Source of the DNA: Brevundimonas sp.
GTDB taxonomy: Bacteria > Pseudomonadota > Alphaproteobacteria > Caulobacterales > Caulobacteraceae
NCBI RefSeq assembly: GCF_013823285.1
Contig: NZ_PNLV01000001.1
Location: forward strand, 20,260-84,259
Length of the DNA stretch: 64,000 bases
Reading direction: 5' to 3'
Shown: in pieces, positions 43,819 through 54,433 of the stretch
Numbering within the stretch: position 1 is the stretch's first letter
Layout: every line of letters starts with the position of its first letter
Made by a program: the position numbers and the translations under genes
Notes under the pieces: generated by a model
The model's input: only the letters and a program-made list of their open reading frames with translations
Told to the model about the DNA's origin: nothing
Databases searched by the model: none

Positions 43819-44715
43819 ATGACCAGCATTCTCTACGGCCGCCCCCCCGCGGTGTTCGATCCGCCCGCCGGCGCCGTCCAGACCTCGCCCCTGATCCCCG
43901 GCTCGTCTGATCTGGCGGAGATGGCGGCCGGATCGCTGGACGCCGCCACCATCCTCGCGCCCCCCGGCGTGCTGGAGCGGCGGTACGTGCTGGCGCTGGC
44001 CCTGAAGGCGCTGAAGCCCGGCGGGCGGCTGGACGTCATGGCCCCCAAGCTCAAGGGCGGCTCACGTCTGGGCAAGGAGCTGCGCGAGTTCGGGCTGGAG
44101 CCCATCGAGACCGCCAAGGCCCACCACCGGCGCTGCGAACTGGTGCGGCCGCAGGACGTGACCGGACTGGACGCCGCTATCGAGGCGGGGGCGGCGCGCC
44201 TTGTGCCCGGGCTGGACGCCTGGTCCCAGCCGGGCGTGTTCGGGTGGGACCGGATCGACGGCGGCACGGCGCTGCTGGCCGCCAGTCTTCCGCCCCTGAA
44301 GGGCGCGGGCGCGGACCTGGGGTGCGGGTTCGGCGCCCTGTCCACCGTGGCGCTGGCCTCGCCCGCAGTCACCAGCCTGGACATGATCGATCTGGACCGG
44401 CGAGCGGTGGAATGCGCCCGTCGCAATGTGGAGGATTCCCGCGCTCGCCTGCATTGGGCCGATGCGCGCACAATGGACCTGACCGACCTGAATTTCGTGG
44501 TCATGAACCCGCCGTTCCACGACGGCGGCGCCGAGGACAAGGCGCTGGGTCAGGCCTTCATCCGCAAGGCGGCGGCCATGCTGAAAAAGGGCGGCGTGCT
44601 GTGGATGGTGGCCAACCGGCACCTGCCCTATGAGGCCGAGCTGAACGCGGCCTTCGCGCGGGTTCGCCCCGCAGCGGACAAGGGCGGCTACAAGGTGTTC
44701 GAGGCGGTGAAGTGA
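43819..44715 (+). CDS. class I SAM-dependent methyltransferase (RsmC-like rRNA m2G methyltransferase fold)
   Basis: PGVFGWDRIDGGTALL, DLGCGFGALS and the VVMNPPFH catalytic motif. Confidence 0.8.
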   Translation: MTSILYGRPPAVFDPPAGAVQTSPLIPGSSDLAEMAAGSLDAATILAPPGVLERRYVLALALKALKPGGRLDVMAPKLKGGSRLGKELREFGLEPIETAKAHHRRCELVRPQDVTGLDAAIEAGAARLVPGLDAWSQPGVFGWDRIDGGTALLAASLPPLKGAGADLGCGFGALSTVALASPAVTSLDMIDLDRRAVECARRNVEDSRARLHWADARTMDLTDLNFVVMNPPFHDGGAEDKALGQAFIRKAAAMLKKGGVLWMVANRHLPYEAELNAAFARVRPAADKGGYKVFEAVK

Positions 44716-45446
44716 CCAAGATTCCCACCGCCCGCATCGACAAGCTGCTGTCCAACATGGGCTATGGCTCGCGCACCGAGATCGGGCGGCTGGCCCAGGC
44801 GGGCGGCATCGTGCTGGACGGCGCGGACGTGGCGGATGTGTCGAAACGCATCCCCGTGACCCCGGACCTGTCGCAGCGCATGGAGGTGGACGGCCAGCCG
44901 CTGGACCCGCCCCCGGGGCTGGTGCTGCTGCTGCACAAACCGCTGGGCATGACCTGTTCCCGCAAGGAGGACGGGGCGCTGGTGTACGACATCCTGCCCG
45001 ACCGCTGGCGCCGGCGCGATCCGGCCCTGTCCACCATCGGGCGGCTGGACAAGGAGACCTCGGGCCTGCTGCTGCTGACCGACGACGGGGATTTCCTGCA
45101 CCGGGTGATCTCCCCCCGCCGCCATGTGGCCAAGGTCTATCGCACGACCTTGGCCCGGCCTCTGGTCGGGACCGAGGGCGCCCTGTTCGCCTCGGGCGAG
45201 CTGATGCTGGAAGGCGAGGCCAAGCCGCTGGCCCCGGCAGAGCTGGAAATCATCACCCCCACCGAAGCCCGGCTGACGGTGACCGAGGGCCGCTATCATC
45301 AGGTGCGGCGCATGTTCGCCGCCGTGGGCAACCATGTGGAGGCCCTGCACCGCGAGCGGGTCGGCGGCCTGAGCCTGCCCGACGATCTTGAGCCCGGTCA
45401 GTGGCGGCTGCTGACGCCGGATGAGGCCGCGCGAGTGTTCGACTGA
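44712..45446 (+). CDS. RsuA-family pseudouridine synthase (S4 domain + catalytic [14 protein letters not shown])
   Basis: GTG start overlaps the upstream stop (GTGA). [16 protein letters not shown] (S4 domain), [17 protein letters not shown] and [10 protein letters not shown]. Confidence 0.88.
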   Translation: MTKIPTARIDKLLSNMGYGSRTEIGRLAQAGGIVLDGADVADVSKRIPVTPDLSQRMEVDGQPLDPPPGLVLLLHKPLGMTCSRKEDGALVYDILPDRWRRRDPALSTIGRLDKETSGLLLLTDDGDFLHRVISPRRHVAKVYRTTLARPLVGTEGALFASGELMLEGEAKPLAPAELEIITPTEARLTVTEGRYHQVRRMFAAVGNHVEALHRERVGGLSLPDDLEPGQWRLLTPDEAARVFD

Positions 45447-45484
45447 CGCTTGCCGCCCGTCGCAGCTCGCGTATCAATGGCCGC

Positions 45485-46177
45485 ATGACGCAAGAGACCG
45501 AAAGGCGGCGGGGGCGGCCTCTCCTGATCCTGGCCCTGATCATCCTGCTGCTGCCTTTGGGCGGGGTGCTGATGCACGCCGTGGCGCCGCCGCCCACCAC
45601 CCTGCTGATGCTGACGCGGGTCATCGAGGGTGAGGGCGCCGACTATCGCTGGCGGTCCCTGAACCACATCTCGCCCCATCTGGTGCGGGCGGTGATCGCG
45701 GCCGAGGATTCCCTCTTCTGTTCGCACCGGGGCTTCGACATGGAGGCGATCGAGGACGCGCTGGAGCGCAACCGGCGCGGCGGGCGGGTGCGGGGGGGCT
45801 CGACCATCAGTCAGCAGACCGCCAAGAACGTCTTCCTGTGGCCCCAGCGCAGCTGGCTGCGCAAGGGGCTGGAGGCCGCCTACACCGTTATGATCGAGAC
45901 GGTCTGGCCCAAGCGGCGCATCATCGAGGTCTATCTGAACGTGGCCGAGTGGGGGCCGGGCGTCTACGGCGCCGAGGCGGCGGCCCGCTACTGGTTCCGA
46001 AAGCCGGCAGCCGACCTGACCGCAACCGAAGCCGCCCGCCTGGCCGCCATCCTGCCCAGCCCGCGTCGCTATCAGGCGGCCAGTCCGGGGCCGTATGTGC
46101 GCCGCCGCGCGGGCCAGATTCAGGCCGCCATGGGCACGGTGCAGGGCGAGGGGCTGGCGAACTGCGTTCTGGATTGA
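45485..46177 (+). CDS. mtgA: monofunctional biosynthetic peptidoglycan transglycosylase
   Basis: [33 protein letters not shown] and [14 protein letters not shown]-terminal TM anchor. Confidence 0.92.
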   Translation: MTQETERRRGRPLLILALIILLLPLGGVLMHAVAPPPTTLLMLTRVIEGEGADYRWRSLNHISPHLVRAVIAAEDSLFCSHRGFDMEAIEDALERNRRGGRVRGGSTISQQTAKNVFLWPQRSWLRKGLEAAYTVMIETVWPKRRIIEVYLNVAEWGPGVYGAEAAARYWFRKPAADLTATEAARLAAILPSPRRYQAASPGPYVRRRAGQIQAAMGTVQGEGLANCVLD

Positions 46178-46272
46178 ACCCCCCGACGGCCGAGGCTTGA
46201 CGGGATGCACGGCGGCGCTTCCCATGCGCGCCATCAAGGGGCCGGCTCAGGGTCCGCTGGAGGAGAATATCC

Positions 46273-48102
46273 ATGAAACGTCTGCTGATGGCCGCGACGG
46301 CCGCCTGCGCCCTCGCCGCCGGGGGGCTGGCCGTTCAGGCCCAGACTGCGGCCGCCGACCGCTTCCCCGCAACGCCCGAGGGGGCGCGCGCCTTCGTGCT
46401 GGATGCAGAAGCCCGCCTGACCGACGTGGCCGAGTACGCCGCGCGCGTGGCCTGGGTGCGCAACACCTACATCATCCACGACACCATGTGGCTGGAGGCG
46501 CGGGCCAACACCGAATACACCGAGCTGGGCGTCGAACTGGCCAACGCCGCGGCCCATTTCAACGACGTGGACGCCGATCCCGACACGCGCCGCAAGCTGG
46601 ACATCCTGCGCCAGGGCCTGACCATGCCGGCCCCGAACCGACCCGGCGCGGCGGCGGAGCTTGCCGAGATCGCCACCCGGCTGGACTCCACCTACGCGAC
46701 CGGCCGGTTCGAGTACGACGGCCGCCAGCTGACCCTGAACGACGCCGAGGAGATCATCGCCGAGTCCCGCGATCCGGAGGTGACCCGCGCCATGTACGAG
46801 GGTTGGCGCACCATCTCGCCCGGCATGGCCGGGGACTACGCCCGGCTGGTGGAGGTCGCCAACGAAGGCGCGCGCGAGCTGGGCTACGCCGACACCGGCG
46901 CCATGTGGCGCTCGGGCTATGACATGGACCCGGACGCCTTCGCCGCCGAGACCGACCGCCTGTGGGCCCAGGTCCAGCCGTTCTATGAAAACCTCCACTG
47001 CTATGTCCGGACCCGGCTGAACGAAGTCTATGGCGACGCGGTGCAGCCCGCGACCGGCCCGATCCGCGCCGACCTCCTGGGCAACATGTGGTCCCAGCAA
47101 TGGGGGAACATCTATGACGTGGTGGCCCCGTCGACCCTGCCGGAATCCAGTGTCGACCTGACCCAGCTTCTGGTGGCCGCGAACTATGACGCCGAGCAGA
47201 TCGCCCGGGTTTCCGAGCAGTTCTACACCTCCATCGGTCTGGACCCGCTGCCCGAAACCTTCTGGGAGCGGTCGCAGATCACGCGGCCCGAGGGGCGCGA
47301 GGTTGTGTGCCACGCCTCGGCCTGGAACCTGGACAATGTGGAGGACCTGCGCATCAAGATGTGCACGCGGGTCAACGCCGAAGACTTCCAGACCATGCAC
47401 CACGAGCTGGGCCACAACTACTACCAGCGCGCCTACAACCAGCAGCCTTTCCTGTTCCGCAACGGCGCCAACGACGGCTTCCACGAGGCCATCGGCGATT
47501 TCGCCGCCCTGTCGGCGGCCACCCCCACCTATCTGAACCAGATCGGCCTGCTGGACACGGTTCCGGGCGAGGAGGAGGACATCACCTTCCTGCTGCGCAT
47601 GGCCATGGACAAGATCGCCTTCCTGCCCTTCGGCCTGATGGTCGATCGCTGGCGCTGGGACGTGCAGTCGGGCGCGACGACGCCGGCGCAGTACAACGAC
47701 GCCTGGTCGGCCAACATGCTGCGCTATCAGGGTCTGGTCCCACCCGGACCGCGCCCGGACAACGCTTTTGACCCTGGCGCCAAATACCATGTGCCCGGCA
47801 ATGTGCCGTACACACGCTACTTCCTGGCCCACATCTACCAGTTCCAGTTCCACCGGGCGGCCTGCGAGATCGCGGGCTGGGACGGGCCGCTGCACCGCTG
47901 CTCGGTCTACGGGAACGAGGAAGTGGGCCGGCGTTTCAACGCCATGATGGAGATGGGCATGTCCCGGCCCTGGCCCGAGGCGATGCAGGCCTTCACGGGC
48001 TCGCCCGAGAATGACGCCACGGCGGTGGCCCAGTATTTCGCGCCGCTGGACACCTGGCTGACCGAACAGAACCGCGGCCAGGACTGCGGCTGGGAGGCCT
48101 GA
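46273..48102 (+). CDS. M2 family metallopeptidase (angiotensin-converting-enzyme-like dipeptidyl carboxypeptidase), exported
   Basis: Signal peptide, HHELGHNYY zinc motif plus the downstream HEAIGD glutamate. GGAGGA RBS. Confidence 0.9.
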   Translation: MKRLLMAATAACALAAGGLAVQAQTAAADRFPATPEGARAFVLDAEARLTDVAEYAARVAWVRNTYIIHDTMWLEARANTEYTELGVELANAAAHFNDVDADPDTRRKLDILRQGLTMPAPNRPGAAAELAEIATRLDSTYATGRFEYDGRQLTLNDAEEIIAESRDPEVTRAMYEGWRTISPGMAGDYARLVEVANEGARELGYADTGAMWRSGYDMDPDAFAAETDRLWAQVQPFYENLHCYVRTRLNEVYGDAVQPATGPIRADLLGNMWSQQWGNIYDVVAPSTLPESSVDLTQLLVAANYDAEQIARVSEQFYTSIGLDPLPETFWERSQITRPEGREVVCHASAWNLDNVEDLRIKMCTRVNAEDFQTMHHELGHNYYQRAYNQQPFLFRNGANDGFHEAIGDFAALSAATPTYLNQIGLLDTVPGEEEDITFLLRMAMDKIAFLPFGLMVDRWRWDVQSGATTPAQYNDAWSANMLRYQGLVPPGPRPDNAFDPGAKYHVPGNVPYTRYFLAHIYQFQFHRAACEIAGWDGPLHRCSVYGNEEVGRRFNAMMEMGMSRPWPEAMQAFTGSPENDATAVAQYFAPLDTWLTEQNRGQDCGWEA

Positions 48103-48110
48103 CGAAACGG

Positions 48111-48141
48111 CCCGTCCGCCCCGGCGGACGGGACTCTTTTT
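48111..48141 (+). terminator. rho-independent terminator after the M2 peptidase
   Basis: CCCGTCCG(CC) (48111-48120) / (GG)CGGACGGG (48123-48132) followed by ACTCTTTTT. Confidence 0.65.
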
Positions 48142-48237
48142 CCGGGCGAGAGACGGGCGTTAACCCAGCCCGTTGAGCCTTTTCTTTACCTGGATCATCC
48201 ATTCTCGCTCCTGACGCGGACATGAGGTCCGCTACGG

Positions 48238-50145
48238 ATGCGGGGGTTCCGGCGCATGGCGACGCGGCTGGGCGGTATCACGCGTTTGATGCAACGCTTC
48301 GCGCGCGCCCGGCACGGCGGCGTGGCGATGATGTTCGCCCTGGCGCTGCCGGTTCTGGCCATGACCGCCCTGGTGGGCGTGGACGTGCACCGCATCTCCA
48401 CCGTGCGCGCCAATCTTCAGGATGCGCTGGACGCGGCGGCCCTGGCGGCGGCCCGCTCGTCCCACATGGACGACGCCGGCATCACGATCGTAGGCATGGC
48501 CTCCCTGCGCGCCAACCTCCAGGCCTATCCCCAGATCAGCCTGCGCGAGGACCTCACCACCTTCCGGCTGACCGCGGACGGGGCCGTGATCGCCGTCTCG
48601 AAGGTGGATGTCGACACCCTGGTGGCCAACATCTTCCTGCCGCCCTATGGCCAGGTCCTGGATGATCAGGTGCAGGTGGGCGTGGAATCCGAGGTGCTTC
48701 GCTCCTCCACCAATCTCGAGGTGGCCCTTGTTCTGGACATCACCGGGTCGATGGCCGGCAGCCGCATCGCCACCCTGCGCGACTCCGCCACCGAACTGGT
48801 CGAGCTGGTCGTGCAGACCCAGCAGACGCCCTACTACTCCAAGGCGGCGATCATTCCCTATTCCATGGGCGTGAACCTCGGCTCCATGGCCAACGCCGCG
48901 CGTTCAACGCCGCCGTCCGGCCGCAACATCACGGACGCCGTCTGGTCCACCGGATCGATCCGGACGATTTCCTCGATCTCGAAAAACAACAGCCGCATCA
49001 CGGTCACCTCCAGCGGCCACGGCTTTCAGACCGGCGACTTCGTCTATGTCTGGAACGCCAGCGGCATGACCCAGATCAACGACCAGGCGTTCCGGGTCCG
49101 GCGCGTGGACACCAACACCTTCCGCCTGCAGACCGCGTCCGGGCAGGACATCAATCCCTGGAACTACGGAGACTACTGGGGCAACGGCCGGGTGGTGAAA
49201 TGCCTGCGCAATGACTGCGCCGTCACTATCACGTCGAACAACCACGGGTTTCAGAACGGCGGACAGGTCCGCATCTTCAATGTGAACGGCCTGAGCACCC
49301 TGAACAGCACGACCTATGTGGTCGCCGACCGCACGACCCACACCTTCGTGCTCTCAGGTTCGAACCCCCGCGGCCAGAGCTATTCCTCAGGCGGCGCGGC
49401 CTGGTGCGCGGACTATGGCTGCCAGTACTTCACCTACACCGGCCGATGGGGCGCGGAGCGTACCAGCGAGATCAGCACCTGCGTCAGCGAGCGGACCGGG
49501 GCTGACGCCTATACCGACCGGTCGCCCGCCGAGGCGCGTGTGGGGGCCAACTATCCGATCCCCGGCAACAACTGCCCGTCCAACGCCCTGGTCCCCCTGA
49601 CCAGCGACCGCAATCATCTGACCCAGCAGATCAGCCTGCTGCGCGACGGCGGCTCGACCGCGGGACAGGTGGGCCTGGCCTGGGGCTGGTACGCGGTCTC
49701 GCCCAACTTCAATGGCCTGTGGCCCAGCGCCGCGAACCATGCCGCACCCTACGGCGCCGACGACCTGCTCAAGGTCGTGGTGATGATGACGGACGGCGAG
49801 TTCAACACGCCCTACTGCAACGGCGTCATCGCCCAGAACGCCGGCGCCGGCAGCGGCGACACCAACTGGCACATCCGCTGCGACGCCCAGAACGGCAGCC
49901 CTTTCCAGCAGGCGGTGGACCTGTGCAACGCCATGAAGGCCCGGAACATCATCATCTATACGGTGGGCCTGGACGTCACGAGCGTGAATGACAACACCCC
50001 CAATGTGGTGGACACCGCCCGCGAGGTCATCGAGACCTGCGCCACCAGCCCGGATCACGTCTATCTGCCCAGCGGGGACACCGACCTGCGCGAGGCCTTC
50101 CGCGCCATCGCCCGCAGCATCTCGGACCTCCGCATCGCCCGCTAG
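48238..50145 (+). CDS. TadG-like pilus-associated protein: N-terminal TadE/G-like anchor + split vWA domain with inserted tandem repeats
   Basis: RFARARHGGVAMMFALALPVLAMTALVGVDV (TadE/G-like). MIDAS-type VLDITGSM at about aa 166 and VVVMMTDGEFN at about aa 512. Two 45-aa repeats at 48997-49131 and 49222-49356 (17/45 identical). Many Cys. The start is uncertain (48238, 48256 or 48289). Confidence 0.8.
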   Translation: MRGFRRMATRLGGITRLMQRFARARHGGVAMMFALALPVLAMTALVGVDVHRISTVRANLQDALDAAALAAARSSHMDDAGITIVGMASLRANLQAYPQISLREDLTTFRLTADGAVIAVSKVDVDTLVANIFLPPYGQVLDDQVQVGVESEVLRSSTNLEVALVLDITGSMAGSRIATLRDSATELVELVVQTQQTPYYSKAAIIPYSMGVNLGSMANAARSTPPSGRNITDAVWSTGSIRTISSISKNNSRITVTSSGHGFQTGDFVYVWNASGMTQINDQAFRVRRVDTNTFRLQTASGQDINPWNYGDYWGNGRVVKCLRNDCAVTITSNNHGFQNGGQVRIFNVNGLSTLNSTTYVVADRTTHTFVLSGSNPRGQSYSSGGAAWCADYGCQYFTYTGRWGAERTSEISTCVSERTGADAYTDRSPAEARVGANYPIPGNNCPSNALVPLTSDRNHLTQQISLLRDGGSTAGQVGLAWGWYAVSPNFNGLWPSAANHAAPYGADDLLKVVVMMTDGEFNTPYCNGVIAQNAGAGSGDTNWHIRCDAQNGSPFQQAVDLCNAMKARNIIIYTVGLDVTSVNDNTPNVVDTAREVIETCATSPDHVYLPSGDTDLREAFRAIARSISDLRIAR

Positions 50146-51050
50146 AGCAGACGGATCTCGCGCAGACGCTGCAGCAGATAGTCCTCGGCCGTGATGCCCT
50201 CGGGATAGCGGTCCGGATTGTCGGCCGAGACGCAGCTGCCCAGGGTGCGGATTTCGTACTCCGGCTCGAAATGCAGGAAGAACGGTGTGGAATAACGCGA
50301 AAAGCCGCGCCGCTCCGGCGCCGGATTGACCACCCGGTGGGTGGTGGACGGCAGCACATGGTTGGTCAGGCGCTGCAGCATGTCGCCGATGTTGACCACC
50401 AGGGCGCCCGGTGGCGGCGCGATGGACAGCCACTGGCCGTCCCGGTCCAGCAGTTGCAGCCCCGCCTCTTCGGCACCCAGCAGCAGGGTGATGACGTTGA
50501 TGTCCTCGTGGGCCCCGGCTCGCACGCCCGGCGCATCGGCGAGCACCGGCGGATAGTGCAGCAGGCGCAGCACCGAATTGCCCAGCGCCACCTTGTCGGC
50601 GAAGAAATCGTCGGGAAGCTTCAGATAGCGCGCGATGGCTTGCAGCAGCTTGCCGCCCAGGGCGTCCAGCGCCTCGAACATCCCGTAGACGTGGGCCTGG
50701 AAGGTGGGGATCTCGGCGGGCCAGACGTTGTCGCGCATGTATTTGCGGTAGGGGTGCCCCTCGGGCAGCTCGCGCCCGGCGTGCCAGAACTCCTTCAGGT
50801 CCACCGCCTTGGCGTCCTTGGCCGCTTCGATTCCAAACGGCGTGTAGCCGCGCGCCCCGCCCGTGCCGGGTTGGTGATACGCGCGCTTGACCGCGTCGGG
50901 CAGGGCGAAGAAGGCCCTGGCGTCGTCCAGCCCCGCCCCGATCGCCGCCTCGTCCAGGCCGTGGTCCGCAACAACGGCGAAGCCGTAGCGGGCGAAGGAC
51001 GCCCCCAGATCGTCGGAAAAACCCTGAAAGTCCGCATCGAAGCGGGTCAT
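50142..51050 (-). CDS. 2OG-Fe(II) oxygenase (isopenicillin N synthase-like) family protein
   Basis: LRLLHYPP...GAHEDINVITLL...STTHRVVNP gives the HxD...H facial triad and the RxS-type 2OG site. I chose the ATG at 51050. Confidence 0.85.
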   Translation of the reverse strand: MTRFDADFQGFSDDLGASFARYGFAVVADHGLDEAAIGAGLDDARAFFALPDAVKRAYHQPGTGGARGYTPFGIEAAKDAKAVDLKEFWHAGRELPEGHPYRKYMRDNVWPAEIPTFQAHVYGMFEALDALGGKLLQAIARYLKLPDDFFADKVALGNSVLRLLHYPPVLADAPGVRAGAHEDINVITLLLGAEEAGLQLLDRDGQWLSIAPPPGALVVNIGDMLQRLTNHVLPSTTHRVVNPAPERRGFSRYSTPFFLHFEPEYEIRTLGSCVSADNPDRYPEGITAEDYLLQRLREIRLL

Positions 51051-51174
51051 GGAGACGGGGATGATGGCGCTGGCGGTCACGGAAAAACTCGCGGAAGTGA
51101 ACGAAGGCCGTCTTACGCCGTTCATCAAGCCTATGGCAAAAGGTCGTTATGGCTGCGCTTCACACGGCCGCACC

Positions 51175-51200
51175 GGAACCTTGGCCGTTCGCCAGACGTT
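51175..51200 (+). promoter_or_regulatory. EcfG/SigT-type general-stress promoter motif GGAAC-N17-CGTT
   Basis: GGAAC at 51175-51179 and CGTT at 51197-51200, 44 nt upstream of the OmpA-lipoprotein ATG. Confidence 0.4.
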
Positions 51201-51243
51201 CCACCGGCTGGGTCAAAGAAGAAACCCTGGAAGGACATCCGTC

Positions 51244-51915
51244 ATGAACATCAAGATCATCGCCGGCGTCAGCGCGCTGGCCCTTGCCGCCGCTGCCTGC
51301 ACCACCACCGATCCCTATCGCTCGGGCCCCCAGCCGAACCGCACGGCCCAGGGCGCCATCGCCGGCGCGGTCGGCGGCGCCCTGCTGGGTTATCTGACCA
51401 ACACCAACAACTCCGAACAGGGCCGCAAGAACGCCCTGATCGGCGCCGGCGTCGGCGCCCTGGGCGGCGCGGCCGTCGGCCAGTACATGGATCGCCAGCA
51501 GCGCGCCATGGAGGCCGAACTGTCCGGCTCCGGCGTCGGTGTGGCCCGCCAGGGTGACAACCTGGTCCTGCGCATGCCCGGCGACGTGACTTTCCCCACC
51601 AACAGCGCCGACATCAACCAGCGCTTCTACCCCGTGCTGGCGGACGTGGCGCGGATCATGAACGAGTATGACCGCTCGGTGGTGGACATCGTCGGCCACA
51701 CGGATTCCACGGGCGGCGACCACATCAACCAGCCCCTGTCGGAACGTCGCGCGGCCTCGGTGGCCCAGTTCCTGATCAGCGAAGGCGTGATGCGTGAGCG
51801 CCTGTATGTTGCGGGCGCCAGCTCGCGCAATCCGATCGCGTCCAACGACACCGTGGACGGCCGGGCCCAGAACCGGCGCGTCGAGATCCTGATCCGGCCG
51901 CTGACGGCCAACTGA
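51244..51915 (+). CDS. OmpA-family lipoprotein with glycine-zipper region
   Basis: Lipobox LALAAAAC, then the glycine zipper GAIAGAVGGALLG...GAGVGALGGAAVG, then an OmpA C-terminal domain (VGHTDSTGGDHINQPLSERRA...NRRVEI). Confidence 0.88.
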   Translation: MNIKIIAGVSALALAAAACTTTDPYRSGPQPNRTAQGAIAGAVGGALLGYLTNTNNSEQGRKNALIGAGVGALGGAAVGQYMDRQQRAMEAELSGSGVGVARQGDNLVLRMPGDVTFPTNSADINQRFYPVLADVARIMNEYDRSVVDIVGHTDSTGGDHINQPLSERRAASVAQFLISEGVMRERLYVAGASSRNPIASNDTVDGRAQNRRVEILIRPLTAN

Positions 51916-51940
51916 TCGACACGACTTCGTGAAAACGGCG

Positions 51941-51972
51941 AAGGCGGCGGGAAACCGCCGCCTTTTCCTTTG
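51941..51972 (+). terminator. rho-independent terminator after the OmpA lipoprotein
   Basis: AAGGCGGCGG (51941-51950), GAAA loop, CCGCCGCCTT (51955-51964), then TTCCTTTGG. Confidence 0.7.
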
Positions 51973-52047
51973 GTTCCGCTTGCGAAGCAGCCCGGCCTCA
52001 TGCTGTTCTGAATCCAGCGTTCGCCCGGGGGCGAGCCCGGAGGCGGC

Positions 52048-52227
52048 ATGGATCACCACAACGACGACGACGATGTCTGGGAGGGCTTTCGCCTGACCGG
52101 CGTGGCCGTGGTCTCCGCCTTCATCGTCGCCGCCCTGGTCATCGGCGCGGGCGGGGCTGTCCTGCCCGCCCTGCTGGACGAACCTGACGCCCCCGCCCCC
52201 GTGGTCCGGGCCTCGATCAACCGCTAG
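52048..52227 (+). CDS. hypothetical small single-TM protein (59 aa)
   Basis: ATG at 52048 is preceded by GGAGG (52039-52043). MDHHNDDDDVWEGFRLTGVAVVSAFIVAALVIGAGGAVLPALL... It is below the ORF-track size cut-off, and support is only the RBS plus the TM helix. Confidence 0.35.
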   Translation: MDHHNDDDDVWEGFRLTGVAVVSAFIVAALVIGAGGAVLPALLDEPDAPAPVVRASINR

Positions 52228-52286
52228 AGCCTGATCGGTTGAGATGGAATCGCTTCGCGATTCCATCGATGCCGTGAATCAGGCTC
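52227..52286. repeat. 60-bp structured repeat, copy B
   Basis: GAGCCTGATCGGTTGAG-[ATGGAATCGCTTCGCGATTCCAT]-CGATGCCGTGAATCAGGCTC. The inner part is a perfect 10-bp hairpin. The first base is shared with the TAG stop of the small ORF. Confidence 0.65.
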
Positions 52287-52299
52287 TCGCATCATGCTG

Positions 52300-52350
52300 G
52301 ACCGAAATCTGAGCCCAGTTGGACGAGGTCCAACCGAACCGATTTCGGTC
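52300..52350. other. nested hairpin element in the convergent spacer before the thiolase 3' end
   Basis: Outer 10-bp stem GACCGAAATC (52300-52309) / GATTTCGGTC (52341-52350). Inner stem GTTGGAC (52318-52324) / GTCCAAC (52328-52334). Confidence 0.45.
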
Positions 52351-52360
52351 TAGAGCGGAA

Positions 52361-53542
<1,182 letters not shown>

Positions 53543-53742
53543 TCACTCCGGGAGGAATTTCGGTGTGGCGGTTCTGCCTCAACCGGCGCGTTTCGTCACC
53601 TGAAAGCCGTCGATTCAGCGGATCGTCACCATGTCAGGGCCATGCTGGGCGGGAACAATAGGCGCGTTCGCCGCTTGAAAAGGTCATGCTTATGTTGTTC
53701 CGCCGCTTCGCAACCCACGTCTGCACGCCTGACGAGCAGGAC

Positions 53743-54390
53743 ATGGCGGAGCATTACCGCACGCGCGGCGAGCGGCTGGCGGACAAGTGGGTGCATATTG
53801 TCGGCCTGGCCCTGGCGGCGGTCGGCGGCGTTGTGCTGGCGGTGCTGTCGGCGGTCTATGGCGGCGCCGGAACCGCCATGGCGACCGCGATCTACGCCCT
53901 GTGCCTGATCGCCATGCTGACCTGTTCGACCGTGTACAACCTGACCCACCCCTGTGCGGCGCGCCCGGTGCTGCGGCGCATGGACGAGGCGGCTATCTTC
54001 CTGATGATCGCCGGCAGCTACACCCCCTTCACCGTCCTGCGTTTCGAGGGCGCCTGGTCCATCGGCTTCACCCTTCTGGTGTGGGGCTTCGCCCTGGCCG
54101 GGGTCTTCGCCAAGATGCTGGCGCCGCGCATCTCCGACGCCTTCTGGAGCGGCGTCTATGTGCTGTTCGGCTGGCTGGCCGTGTTCGCCCTCAAGCCCAT
54201 GATCGAGACCGTCCACCCGGTGGCCCTCACCCTGCTGGTGGCGGGCGGGCTGATCTACACCGCCGGGGTGTTCGTGTTCATCAACCAGCGGGTGAAGTTC
54301 CGCCGGGCCATCTGGCACGGCTTCGTGGTGGCCGGCGCCGGAACCCACTGGGCCGCGATTCTGGTAGGCGTCGTGCTCGCCCCCGGCTGA
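53743..54390 (+). CDS. hemolysin III / PAQR family membrane protein
   Basis: Seven TM segments. ERLADKWVHIVG, MRRMDEAAIFLMIAGSYTPF and IWHGFVVAGAGTHWAAI motifs. The ORF track starts at 53686; I prefer the ATG at 53743. Confidence 0.8.
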   Translation: MAEHYRTRGERLADKWVHIVGLALAAVGGVVLAVLSAVYGGAGTAMATAIYALCLIAMLTCSTVYNLTHPCAARPVLRRMDEAAIFLMIAGSYTPFTVLRFEGAWSIGFTLLVWGFALAGVFAKMLAPRISDAFWSGVYVLFGWLAVFALKPMIETVHPVALTLLVAGGLIYTAGVFVFINQRVKFRRAIWHGFVVAGAGTHWAAILVGVVLAPG

Positions 54391-54433
54391 GCCTTTCGCA
54401 ATGCACTGGCGTCCGGCGCCGCGCTGCGGAATA

